Virus record (IMG/VR): IMGVR_UViG_2816332268_000002
Span: 1 to 64,000 of that record
From: a virus
Lineage: Duplodnaviria > Caudoviricetes
Strand: one strand, 5' to 3'
DNA length: 64,000 bases
In this document: piece after piece, positions 18,116 to 26,858 of the stretch
Layout: each line of letters opens with the position of its first letter
Position numbering within the stretch: the stretch's first letter is position 1
Notes under the pieces: model-generated
What the model was told of the DNA's origin: nothing
The model's database searches: none
The model's input: the letters and a program-made list of their open reading frames with translations, nothing else
Made by a program: the position numbers and the translations under genes

Positions 18116-19834
18116 TTACGCCGCAAGCCCGAACGCCGTGTAGTCGAAGTCCGCCACGATGTTTTCTGCGAACCCCGGCGTGTTCTTGATGATCGCGATC
18201 CGCTCGTTCTGGTGGTCGCGAAGGGTCTGGTTGTTCGCTTCGATGAAGTCCACGACGAACGCGACGTTCGGCCCGAACTTCTTCGCGCGCAGCCCGCGGC
18301 CGATTCGCTGCCGGGTCTGCACCTCGGCCTTGCCTCCGCCTGCGAGCACGATCAGGCCGACGGCCGGCACGTCGACGCCCACGTCGAGGATTGTCGAGCC
18401 GATCACGCAGTCGATGCGATCGTCGCGCAGCGCGTTCAGCGCGGCCTGTCGCTCCTTCTGGTCGTGCTCACCGAAGATGAAGTTGCAGCGCACGCCGGCG
18501 GCCGTCAGCAGTTCGGTCAGGCGCTTGCCGTGCTCCTTGCGGCCGACGAGCACCATCGCCCGCAGCCCATGCTTCGCCGCGCGCGCGACCTCGTAGACGA
18601 TCGCGTGGTTGCGCTCGTCGTTGTTGACGATGCCGACCTCGTAGCACTTGGGCCAGGGCGTCGAGCGGAACAGCCGGTGCGTGAACACCTTGCCCTTTAT
18701 CTCGGTCTGGTATTGCGGTGCGTGGTTCTGGAGCGGGATGAACTTGAAATAGGGCGTCGCGAGCACGCCAAGGTCGATCAGCTGCTTCTCGGTCACCGTG
18801 ATCGCGACCGGCCCGCTGCACGCCTCGAGACGCAGGTTCGCTTCAGGGCTGTCCTTCATGAACGGCGTCGCGGTCAGCGCGAGCCGGTAGTGCGCGTTCG
18901 TGCAGTGGCGCATCAGCTGGTAGAAGCCCTCGCCCGACACCTCGTGCGCTTCCTCGAGAATGACGAACTCGATCGTCTTCAGCCACTCGATGACCTCGTC
19001 GCGCCGCTTGTTGTGCTCGCGCACCTTCGCCTGAATGTCGGCGACCACCTGCGCGTCCGAGGGCCGCTGTGCCACGAGTGTCTTGCGCAGCGTGGCGGTG
19101 GCGGCGCTGACCTCGGCCGCCTTCAACCCCTGTTTCTTCAGCCGCGTGGCCTGTTTCTCGACCTCGCGGTCCTCTGCAGCGTCGCGGTTTTTCAGGTAGG
19201 CGAGCATTTCGCCTTCCTCGGTCCAGAGTTCGACCGCCTGCGCGAGCGTCTGCACCATGCCGGTCGTGAACTGGCGCGAACCGTCCCACTTGCTGTCGCC
19301 GATGATGCCGGCCGCCTCCTTCAGGTTCGACTCGACCGCGTCGGCCATCTGGTAGAGCAGGATCCCGCGCGTCGTCAGGAACAGCGTCTTGCGGGCGATG
19401 CGCTTGTAGCAGATGCGCGCGATACGCGACTTGCCGCCGCCTGTGGCGACGCGGGCAATGATCTGCCGGTGCTTGACCAGTTTGTCCGCCACCTCGGGCT
19501 GGTAGCTGTAGCGCGGGTCATAGCCGAACTCGTCGACCTCCGGGCGCTCGGGGCCGAGCGGCGCCGGCGCAGGGTTGCGCACCACGTTCACCCGGTAGCC
19601 GGCCTTCAGCAGCTTCGCCTGCACCTTGTAGAGGAAGCCCGCCGGGAACGTCCCGCTGTTGAAGTCGAAGAAGCTCGAGCGGCCATCCCAGCTCGTGCCC
19701 TTGAATGCCTGCGAATACTGCGCCCCGTCGACGAGATAGGACAGCGTCTCGCGCACCAGCAGCTTCGCTTCTCGACTGCCGCCGATCAGCTTGGCATTCA
19801 CCGCGCTCGCGGCGATTGTGATCCCGTTTGTCAT
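18116..19834 (-). CDS. SF2 DEAH-box helicase
   Basis: ATGGGKS, LEEAH, LTATP, QRIGRGLR. Confidence 0.92.
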   Translation of the reverse strand: MTNGITIAASAVNAKLIGGSREAKLLVRETLSYLVDGAQYSQAFKGTSWDGRSSFFDFNSGTFPAGFLYKVQAKLLKAGYRVNVVRNPAPAPLGPERPEVDEFGYDPRYSYQPEVADKLVKHRQIIARVATGGGKSRIARICYKRIARKTLFLTTRGILLYQMADAVESNLKEAAGIIGDSKWDGSRQFTTGMVQTLAQAVELWTEEGEMLAYLKNRDAAEDREVEKQATRLKKQGLKAAEVSAATATLRKTLVAQRPSDAQVVADIQAKVREHNKRRDEVIEWLKTIEFVILEEAHEVSGEGFYQLMRHCTNAHYRLALTATPFMKDSPEANLRLEACSGPVAITVTEKQLIDLGVLATPYFKFIPLQNHAPQYQTEIKGKVFTHRLFRSTPWPKCYEVGIVNNDERNHAIVYEVARAAKHGLRAMVLVGRKEHGKRLTELLTAAGVRCNFIFGEHDQKERQAALNALRDDRIDCVIGSTILDVGVDVPAVGLIVLAGGGKAEVQTRQRIGRGLRAKKFGPNVAFVVDFIEANNQTLRDHQNERIAIIKNTPGFAENIVADFDYTAFGLAA

Positions 19835-19863
19835 ATGCCTTGCCTTACAGGAGGTCCAAAAGT

Positions 19864-19881
19864 ATAGTAAGCAGTGATTTA
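19864..19881. promoter_or_regulatory. Operator in divergent promoter (helicase / ParB operon)
   Basis: ATAGTAA-GCAG-TGATTTA; minus-strand TATACT overlaps. Confidence 0.65.
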
Positions 19882-19897
19882 ACTTACGCTCACCATT

Positions 19898-20551
19898 ATG
19901 GCAGGTTCAGCTACCCACATCCAGGTTTCGCAGGCGACCGTCCCGATCGACATGCTGCGACCGAACCCCTGGAACACCAACCACATGAGCCCGGAGAACG
20001 AAGCGAAGCTGGACGCGTCGCTGAAGCGTTTCGGCGGGCTCTACAAACCTGTCGTTGTCCGAACTGTTGACGACGGCGCGTTCGAGATCCTGGGCGGCGA
20101 GCACCGCTGGGAGAGCGCGAAGCGGATCGGTCTGACGGAGGTTCCGATCATCAACGTCGGCCGCATCAGCGACAAGGCGGCGAAGGAGATCGGCCTCGTC
20201 GACAACGGTCGCTACGGCGAAGACGACACCCTCGCGCTGTCGCGCCTGCTCAAGGAGCTCGGCAACGACGTCGCCGAATTCCTGCCCTACACCGACGGCG
20301 AGCTCACCGACATTCTCATGGCTTCGAGTATAGATCTCGACGAGCTGGATTCTGACGCTGAACCGCAGATGCCTGAGCTGCCGAGCGCAGGTGCCACGCA
20401 TCAGGTGATGCGCTTCAAGGTGCCTGTCGAGGATGTCGCGTGGATCACGTCCGCGATCGATCGCTCCTCGCGTGAACAGGGCTTCACGCAGGAAGACTCC
20501 ATGACGAACGCCGGCAACGCATTCGTCCATCTGATGAAGGCATACAAGTGA
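19898..20551 (+). CDS. ParB/Srx N-terminal domain protein 1
   Basis: LRPNPWNTN...EILGGEHRW. Confidence 0.88.
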   Translation: MAGSATHIQVSQATVPIDMLRPNPWNTNHMSPENEAKLDASLKRFGGLYKPVVVRTVDDGAFEILGGEHRWESAKRIGLTEVPIINVGRISDKAAKEIGLVDNGRYGEDDTLALSRLLKELGNDVAEFLPYTDGELTDILMASSIDLDELDSDAEPQMPELPSAGATHQVMRFKVPVEDVAWITSAIDRSSREQGFTQEDSMTNAGNAFVHLMKAYK

Positions 20552-21027
20552 AGCGATACCTCGGAAACAAGATCGTCAACGCCGAACCGATAACGCGCGG
20601 CGCCTACAACACGTTGCTTGGCTGGGCGGTGCCGGCCGACGAGAACCCGGCCGACGAGGGCTATCTCGTCGAATACGCAGACGGCGGGGCAGCCAACACG
20701 GCGCTCTATGCCGGCTACGTCAGCTGGTCGCCGAAGGCGGTGTTCGAGCGTGCATATCGGCAGGTCGAAGGCATGACCTTTGGCGATGCAATCGAAGCAC
20801 TGAAGGCAGGCAAGCGAGTCGCGCGGGCAGGATGGAATGGGAAGGGCATGTGGCTCGCGCTCGTGTTCGGCTACGACTACAACCCCGATTCGCGCGCGGG
20901 TTCCGTGCACGCTCTCGGCTGCGAGAAGTTGCCCTGGATCGGCATGAAGACAGCCGACGAGAAGTTCGTGCCGTGGCTCGCGTCGCAGACCGACGTGCTC
21001 GCTGAAGACTGGACGATGATCGCATGA
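20548..21027 (+). CDS. DUF2829 / Tad2-like immune-signal sponge with additional N-terminal domain
   Basis: MTFGDAIEALKAGKRVARAGWNGKGMW...PWLASQTDVLAEDW. Confidence 0.85.
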   Translation: MKRYLGNKIVNAEPITRGAYNTLLGWAVPADENPADEGYLVEYADGGAANTALYAGYVSWSPKAVFERAYRQVEGMTFGDAIEALKAGKRVARAGWNGKGMWLALVFGYDYNPDSRAGSVHALGCEKLPWIGMKTADEKFVPWLASQTDVLAEDWTMIA

Positions 21028-21227
21028 AGCCGACCGGTTTTGCCCGCATCCCGCGCGCTGAGTTCCTCTACCCGGAGTGCCAGCGCTGCTACTTCCACAA
21101 CCGTGAGCCGGCCATCTGCGAAGCGTGCGACAGCGCTGCGCAATTCGAGCCGGAGGACGCCACCGGACACCTGTCCGCGCGCCGCTCCGCGATCGTGCAG
21201 TTCTACCGAAACAAAGAGGCCGCATGA
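21024..21227 (+). CDS. Small CxxC-CxxC zinc-binding protein
   Basis: ECQRC...ICEAC; ATGA coupling on both sides. Confidence 0.7.
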   Translation: MKPTGFARIPRAEFLYPECQRCYFHNREPAICEACDSAAQFEPEDATGHLSARRSAIVQFYRNKEAA

Positions 21228-21877
21228 GCCGAAATCATCCCCGAGTTACTCGTCGCGAGGGCACCTGGAAGGTCGCCGCGCTGGTCCCGTATGCGAAGAA
21301 CGTCAAGAAGCACGACGACGCGCAGGTGAACAAGATCGTCGAGTCGATCGAGCAGTTCGGCTGGACCCAGCCGATCGTCATCGACGACCACGGCGAGATC
21401 ATCGCCGGCCACGGCCGCCGGCTGGCGGCCATCAAGCGCGGCATGGAAGAAGTGCCCGTCGTGATCCTGTCGGGCCTGACCGACGAAGAGAAGCGCGCGC
21501 TGCGTCTCGCCGACAACCGCACGAACGAAGGCGGCATCGACACGCTGATGTTCCGCGATGAAGTGGCCGGCCTCGAATCGCTGCTGGTGGGCATCTTCGA
21601 CACGAAGGAGCTCGAGTTCTCCGCGGCAGACCTCGGCGAGCTCAACGTCGACGCATTCGTGCCCGACGTCGCGGAAGCCGTCGAGCAGCAAGAGCAAGAG
21701 GCGCACGCGAAAGCGGACGCGGTCAGCGCGCGCCGCGTGCCGCTCGCGAAGGTGTTCGGGTTCAAGGACATCGCCGGCGTCGACGAGATCCACGTATCCC
21801 GCTTCATGGCGCGCGTGCAGGCAGAAACGGGCCTGGCCGGCGCAGACGCGCTGGTCGCTTTTATTCGGCGCCAATAG
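21224..21877 (+). CDS. ParB/Srx N-terminal domain protein 2
   Basis: LVPYAKNVKKH...FGWTQPIVID...IIAGHGRRLAA...RLADNR. Confidence 0.9.
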   Translation: MSRNHPRVTRREGTWKVAALVPYAKNVKKHDDAQVNKIVESIEQFGWTQPIVIDDHGEIIAGHGRRLAAIKRGMEEVPVVILSGLTDEEKRALRLADNRTNEGGIDTLMFRDEVAGLESLLVGIFDTKELEFSAADLGELNVDAFVPDVAEAVEQQEQEAHAKADAVSARRVPLAKVFGFKDIAGVDEIHVSRFMARVQAETGLAGADALVAFIRRQ

Positions 21878-21895
21878 TAAATCACCAGTGATTTA
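21878..21895. promoter_or_regulatory. Phage operator palindrome
   Basis: Perfect TAAATCA-CCAG-TGATTTA occupying the space before the ATG at 21897. Confidence 0.8.
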
Positions 21896-21896
21896 A

Positions 21897-22613
21897 ATGA
21901 CAACCTATCTGATTGACAAGCGGTTCCACACCCGCGTCGCGCGATCGCAGCGCGTCGTCGAGGTGGCCGAGGCATTCGGCCTCGGCCTGGACGACAAGGA
22001 GTTCGTGATCTTCGACCAGCTGAATCTGGACGTAGAGCAGGGCGACGTCGTCTACATCACCGGCCAGTCGGGCGCGGGCAAGTCGCTGCTGCTGCGCGAG
22101 CTTTCCGACCAGATGGACGCGGCCGGCAAGAAGGTCGCGAACCTCGACCACGTCCACCTCGAGCCCGACGTGCCGCTGATCGACCAGATCGGCACGTCGA
22201 CCAACGACGCGATCCGGCTGCTGTCGATCGCCGGTCTGAACGACGCCTACCTGTTCATCCGCAAGCCCGGCGAGCTGTCCGACGGCCAGCGCTACCGCTT
22301 CCGACTGGCGAAGGCGATCGAGAGCCAGGCTGACGTCTGGGTGGCCGACGAGTTCATGGCCGTGCTCGATCGCACCGCGGCGAAGGTGATCGCGTATGCG
22401 GTGCAGAAGACCGCGCGCAAGGTCGGGGCGACGGTGATCGTTGCGACGACCCACCTCGACCTCGTGGAAGACCTCCAGCCGTCTCTCTACATCGAGAAGC
22501 GCTATCGCGAAAAGCTGCGCGTCGAGACGTTCAAAGAGCTGAACGCGGCAGCCTCCGGTGAGCGCGTGATGACGCGCGACGAGGCATTCGAACTCCTGAA
22601 ACGGATGGCATGA
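21897..22613 (+). CDS. Soluble ABC-type ATPase
   Basis: GQSGAGKS, LSDGQ signature, VADEF, TTH; no membrane partner. Confidence 0.9.
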   Translation: MTTYLIDKRFHTRVARSQRVVEVAEAFGLGLDDKEFVIFDQLNLDVEQGDVVYITGQSGAGKSLLLRELSDQMDAAGKKVANLDHVHLEPDVPLIDQIGTSTNDAIRLLSIAGLNDAYLFIRKPGELSDGQRYRFRLAKAIESQADVWVADEFMAVLDRTAAKVIAYAVQKTARKVGATVIVATTHLDLVEDLQPSLYIEKRYREKLRVETFKELNAAASGERVMTRDEAFELLKRMA

Positions 22614-22942
22614 TGAAACAGATCTACGACAAGCTCCTCATCGGCTCGGGCGCCGCGCCCGAAGTCGTCATCTTCACCGCGCCGTGGTGCGGCCCGTGCA
22701 AGATGCTCAAGCCGGTGCTGCAGGCGCTCAAGACCGACTACGGCTTCAACTACACCGAGATCAACGCGGCCGACATCAGCACGGCAGATCTGGAGACGCT
22801 CGGCGTGCGCGGCGTGCCGAACGTGCGAGTGCTCCAGGGCGGCGTCGTCAAGGCGCAGTTCTCCGGCGCGCGCACCAAGGCGCAGGTCGAGGACTGGCTG
22901 ACCTCGTTCGGCGTCATCGCGCGGGGGCTGAGCTTCGAATGA
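22610..22942 (+). CDS. Thioredoxin
   Basis: APWCGPCK active site; GVP cis-Pro motif. Confidence 0.9.
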   Translation: MMKQIYDKLLIGSGAAPEVVIFTAPWCGPCKMLKPVLQALKTDYGFNYTEINAADISTADLETLGVRGVPNVRVLQGGVVKAQFSGARTKAQVEDWLTSFGVIARGLSFE

Positions 22943-23922
22943 GCACGCCGGCCACCGCATTGAACCTTGCCGGGCCGATCACGGCGTCCGACGACCGGGA
23001 TAGCCCGATCCTGGCGTGGCGCGATCCGGCGGCTGGCACGCGGCCGCTGTCGCTCGTCAAGCACATGTATGTGGAGCGGGGCACGCTGGAAGACTGGCAA
23101 CTGCTCCACGAGCTCCACTACAAGGCATCGAACAACGGCATCGGCCCGCGCTACATGCGCCTGGTCGTCGACGACGGCGTCGCGCCGGCCCAGACGATCG
23201 GCGTGATGGTGTTCACGGTGCCCAAGCCGCTCGACTCGGGTCGAAATCAGGTGTTCCCGCATCTGCGTCCGAACCAGAACGGCCGCGACACGAAGCTGAT
23301 GAACGTGCAGCGCATGGCATGGATCAACAAGAACCTGATCCTGTCATCGCGCACGGTGCTGGACACGATGTATCGCGGCGGCGGCATCGCCTACCGTTTC
23401 AAGAACCTGGCATACCGCCTGATGGGCTTTCGCTACGTCGAATCGCGCAGCTCCATGAGCCGATACAACCCGTTCTCGGCGAAGGCCGGCATGCGGTTCG
23501 TGAAGCCGAAGTCGGCACCGGCGTTCGAGCCGGGCCTCGCTTTCTTCGCGCGGCACTTCAAGAGCCCTGCCTACGATTACGTCGCGATCAAGGCAGAGAT
23601 CGAGGGCATGCCCGACTACCTGCGCGAGCACACGCTGAAGGAGCTCCGCTCCTTCTACTACCGCAACAGCTCGATGGAGAAGTCGGGCGACAACCGGCTG
23701 AATGGCACTTCACGCGTCGAGCAGATGGAGCTCGGCTACCTCCTGAAGCAGACGCAGCAGCTCGTGTTCGGCGCGACGGTGTATGCCGCGTGGGTGAACC
23801 CTGATTGGGACGCGGCAACCGGCGCCATGCGCGCGCTGCCGGCACGCCTGCCGCTGTCCGCGTTCGACATGCAGGGCGTGGGCGAGCCACTGCGGCTCGA
23901 TCTGCTGGAGGCCGCGGCGTGA
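22939..23922 (+). CDS. GNAT-fold (Mom-like) acyltransferase
   Basis: LHELHY; SRTVLDTMYRGGGIA acyl-CoA motif A; MSRYNPF..KAGM. Confidence 0.7.
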   Translation: MSTPATALNLAGPITASDDRDSPILAWRDPAAGTRPLSLVKHMYVERGTLEDWQLLHELHYKASNNGIGPRYMRLVVDDGVAPAQTIGVMVFTVPKPLDSGRNQVFPHLRPNQNGRDTKLMNVQRMAWINKNLILSSRTVLDTMYRGGGIAYRFKNLAYRLMGFRYVESRSSMSRYNPFSAKAGMRFVKPKSAPAFEPGLAFFARHFKSPAYDYVAIKAEIEGMPDYLREHTLKELRSFYYRNSSMEKSGDNRLNGTSRVEQMELGYLLKQTQQLVFGATVYAAWVNPDWDAATGAMRALPARLPLSAFDMQGVGEPLRLDLLEAAA

Positions 23923-24338
23923 ACCTCACCGTCAAGCAGATCGAGATCATGAAGGTCGTGGTGGCGGGCAATGCCGCGGACGCCACATGGTCGCCGGCCG
24001 ACATCGACCAGATCCTCGAGCGGCTGCCGTATCGCACAACGAAGGAGAGCCTGCAGTTTTCGCTGCGCGCACTCGAGAAGCACTGCCTCATCGACCGGGC
24101 CGCCACGGAACACCGCCGAGGGCGCGTCAGGCGGCTCGTGGCGCCCACGCCGACGGGTAGTGCCGTCATTGCCGGGACGCCGCGGCCGGAACCCGCCAGC
24201 GCGCCCACCGTGCGCCCGTCGGCCCCGGTCGTGAACGAGGTAAGCAGTGAGTTATCCGAGCCGGTGATTCCGGAGCTCGTGACGGTCGAGGAATTTGATG
24301 TCGAGCCGGGCTTCGTCGAGGAGGTGCTGATGGACTGA
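23919..24338 (+). CDS. Winged-helix DNA-binding protein
   Basis: LTVKQIEIM...IDQILERLPYRTTKESLQFSLRALEKHCLI; GTGA coupling. Confidence 0.7.
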   Translation: MNLTVKQIEIMKVVVAGNAADATWSPADIDQILERLPYRTTKESLQFSLRALEKHCLIDRAATEHRRGRVRRLVAPTPTGSAVIAGTPRPEPASAPTVRPSAPVVNEVSSELSEPVIPELVTVEEFDVEPGFVEEVLMD

Positions 24339-24434
24339 GGCACGCTATCTTACTGAATGCTTTCGAATGGAGGCTCCGGCGCCGGAGTCTCCAGCGAACC
24401 AACCAAAGAACCGAGGAATTATTACGAAATGCTT

Positions 24435-24618
24435 TACTTGTCACTTTTCAGGCATTCCCGTTCCGCGGGCCTCGGGGAGACAAAATATCGTTTGTATTCA
24501 GAAAGTTACTGATTACTTGTCACTTTTTTGGTATTTCCGTGGCTTGCTGTAAGAAAAGTAATGTCCTCTCCCGTGGCCTTTCACATTTCTTTCAACTTGT
24601 CACTTTTTGGGTGTTCCC
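24435..24618 (+). repeat. Three ~25-bp direct repeats at 79-80 bp period
   Basis: ACTTGTCACTTTT at 24436, 24515 and 24595, each continuing ..GG..TT.CC; AT-rich block follows. Confidence 0.85.
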
Positions 24619-24763
24619 TATATATAAGAACCCTTTTTAAAACCTTTACTGTATTTACATTGATTGACTGAAAGGTTTTAGAAAGGTGTTCCGGCGGGCA
24701 TGACGGGAGGGTGAGAACGATGTGCGGGACGGGGACGGCGCGGCCGAATTGCGTCGTAAAAAA

Positions 24764-24781
24764 TAAGTCGGCAGTGATTTA
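24764..24781. promoter_or_regulatory. Operator at terminase promoter
   Basis: TAAGTCG-GCAG-TGATTTA overlapping TTTACA (-35); TATGCT 18 bp later. Confidence 0.75.
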
Positions 24782-24834
24782 CAATATCGGCCCGATTGGG
24801 GTATGCTTCGCTTTCAGGTTTACGCATATCTCCA

Positions 24835-24869
24835 AGGGGCACACCGATCACGGGTGCCCCTATTTTTTT
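24835..24869 (+). terminator. Intrinsic terminator-like hairpin in terS leader
   Basis: GGGGCAC..GTGCCCC stem followed by TATTTTTTT. Confidence 0.6.
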
Positions 24870-24882
24870 GTCGGGAGCATTG

Positions 24883-25521
24883 ATGGCTGAGCAGAAGACG
24901 CCCGGTGCGAAGAAGGGCACGAAGGCTCTGACCGAGAAGCAGCGCGCGGAGGTGATTGCCCTGTGGCAGTCGGGGGATGCGACGCTCGAAGAGCTCGGCG
25001 AGCGGTTCGGGCGCACTCCCCGAGCGCTGATGATGATGTTCTCGAAGGCGGGGGTGAAGAAGGGCGAGAAGCGCGCCGAAGTGCATGCAGCGGTCCAGCA
25101 GAAGGTCGCTGAGCAGATCGCGGGCGACGCAACGGTCATCGCCGGCAAGATTCGCGAGACGAAAGACAGCCACTACAGCGCGGCGAAGGTCATTGCGCAG
25201 CTGATCCAGAACCAGCTCGTCAAGGCTCAGCGCGACGGGCAGGCATTCGCCACTGTCCAGAACGAGATCAAGACGCTCAAGCTCGCAGCCGAGGCGCTAT
25301 CGATCTGCCGCGCCGAGCGCTTCGAAGTGCTGGGCATCGCGAACGGCGAGAAGGACGAGATTGGCGACCTGCCCGAGTTGCCGATCCACGAAATGACCGC
25401 GGACCAGATCCTCGAAATGCAGCAGCGTCAGGAGGACGGCAGTATCGACGTGGCGGCCGATGAGGCAATGACGGTCGACTTCGACGAAGTGCCGGCGGGG
25501 GTGGCTGATGAAGCTGCGTGA
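24883..25521 (+). CDS. terS: Terminase small subunit
   Basis: N-terminal HTH, coiled coil, overlaps terL; GGGAG RBS. Confidence 0.75.
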   Translation: MAEQKTPGAKKGTKALTEKQRAEVIALWQSGDATLEELGERFGRTPRALMMMFSKAGVKKGEKRAEVHAAVQQKVAEQIAGDATVIAGKIRETKDSHYSAAKVIAQLIQNQLVKAQRDGQAFATVQNEIKTLKLAAEALSICRAERFEVLGIANGEKDEIGDLPELPIHEMTADQILEMQQRQEDGSIDVAADEAMTVDFDEVPAGVADEAA

Positions 25522-26803
25522 GCCCGGCCTGCCGACCGCGAAGGCGGCAACACCGATTCAGTCCGAGGTCGAGGCGATCTTCCTCCATCCGAAGCAGATG
25601 GAGGTGTTCCAGTCGCCGCACCGCTTCCGCGTGGTTGTCGCAGGCCGGCGCTGGGGCAAGACCCAGCTCGCCAAGGTGTCGCTCATCAAATACGCCAAGG
25701 TCGCGCGCCGGCTGATCTGGTATGTCGCGCCGTCCTATCGGATGGCGAAGCAGATCATGTGGCCGGACCTGATCGCGGCACTGCCGCGGCGGTGGGTCAA
25801 GAAGATCAACGAGACGACGATGTCGATCTTGCTGGTCAACGGCACCCGGATCGAGCTGAAGGGCGCCGACAATCCCGACTCGCTGCGCGGCGTGGGCGTC
25901 CACTTTCTCGTCATGGACGAGGTGCAGGACATCAACCCGGAAGCCTGGTCGAAGGTGCTGCGGCCGACGCTGGCGTCGACGGGTGGGCACGCACTGTTCA
26001 TCGGCACGCCGAAGTCCTACAACTTCCTCTACGACCTCTACGCGCTCGGCCAGATACTCGAGAACCAGATGCTCGGGCGGTGGAAGAGCTGGCAGTTCCC
26101 GACCATCACGTCGCCGTTCATTCCGAAGTCTGAAATTGAGGCCGCCAAGGCCGACATGGGCGAGAAGGAGTTCGCGCAGGAGTTTGAGGCGAGCTTCGAG
26201 ACGATGAGCGGCCGGGTCTACTACCCGTTCGACCGGAAGACGCACGTCGGCGACTACCCGTTCAACCCGTCGCTGCCGATCTGGGTGGGGCAGGACTTCA
26301 ACATCGACCCGATGTCGAGCTGCATTTTGCAGCCGCAGGAGAACGGTGAGGTCTGGATCGTCAACGAGCTGAGCCTGAAGAGCTCGAACACGGAGGAGGT
26401 GTGCGACGAGCTCGAGCGCCTCTACTGGAAGCTCATGGGGAATATCACGATCTTCCCCGACCCAGCCGGCGGCTACCGGCAGCACGCGCGCGGTGAGTCC
26501 GACCTGGACATCTTCGTGCAGAAGGGGTTCAAGAGGATCCGCTACCACAAGAAGCACCCGCCGGTCGCCGATCGCGTGAACGCGGTAAACCGGATGCTGC
26601 GCACCGCTGACGGCAAGATCCGGCTGCGTGTGGACAAGCGCTGCAAGGAGGTCATCCGGTCGCTCGAGCAGACGATCTACAAGGAAGGTGGGCGCGAGGT
26701 CGACAAGGATTCGGGCTTCGACCATATGGCCGATGCGGTGGGCTACCCGGTCCAATACATGTTCCCGGTTCGTGAGGTTCAAGTAATGGGCGTTTCGCTG
26801 TAA
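25508..26803 (+). CDS. terL: Terminase large subunit
   Basis: AGRRWGKT, LRG, VMDE, IGTP, GQDFN, DHMADA. Confidence 0.95.
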   Translation: MKLREPGLPTAKAATPIQSEVEAIFLHPKQMEVFQSPHRFRVVVAGRRWGKTQLAKVSLIKYAKVARRLIWYVAPSYRMAKQIMWPDLIAALPRRWVKKINETTMSILLVNGTRIELKGADNPDSLRGVGVHFLVMDEVQDINPEAWSKVLRPTLASTGGHALFIGTPKSYNFLYDLYALGQILENQMLGRWKSWQFPTITSPFIPKSEIEAAKADMGEKEFAQEFEASFETMSGRVYYPFDRKTHVGDYPFNPSLPIWVGQDFNIDPMSSCILQPQENGEVWIVNELSLKSSNTEEVCDELERLYWKLMGNITIFPDPAGGYRQHARGESDLDIFVQKGFKRIRYHKKHPPVADRVNAVNRMLRTADGKIRLRVDKRCKEVIRSLEQTIYKEGGREVDKDSGFDHMADAVGYPVQYMFPVREVQVMGVSL

Positions 26804-26812
26804 TTGACTTGA

Positions 26813-26830
26813 TAAGTCAGTAGTGATTTA
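26813..26830. promoter_or_regulatory. Operator upstream of portal
   Basis: TAAGTCA-GTAG-TGATTTA within TTGACT-17-TTTAAT. Confidence 0.8.
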
Positions 26831-26858
26831 ATTGCCGCTGGCCCGAGAGATAAGGCAC

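Noticed and set aside
18212-19867. Long antisense ORFs (e.g. 18212-19867, 25277-26782, 36533-38374, 60225-61604, 4415-5593)
   Set aside because: Shadow frames of high-GC genes; no motifs or RBS, and the opposite strand has clear homology
19898-21877. Plasmid partition parAB locus
   Set aside because: No ParA, and both proteins lack an evident ParB HTH; they match terminase-associated ParB-N types
21897-22613. ABC transporter
   Set aside because: No permease or binding protein nearby; the context indicates a soluble ATPase
22684-22938. ORF-track N-terminal extensions of the GNAT, ParB2 (21125), ligase (59943) and KAP (10564) genes
   Set aside because: They overlap upstream genes or lack an RBS; downstream coupled starts are better supported
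24237-24254. Operator-like GAGGTAAGCAGTGAGTTA inside the wHTH gene
   Set aside because: Poor left arm and intragenic; not counted as a site
24435-24618. Possible mini-CRISPR array
   Set aside because: Only three degenerate non-palindromic units, ~55-bp spacers and no cas genes; kept as iteron-like repeats
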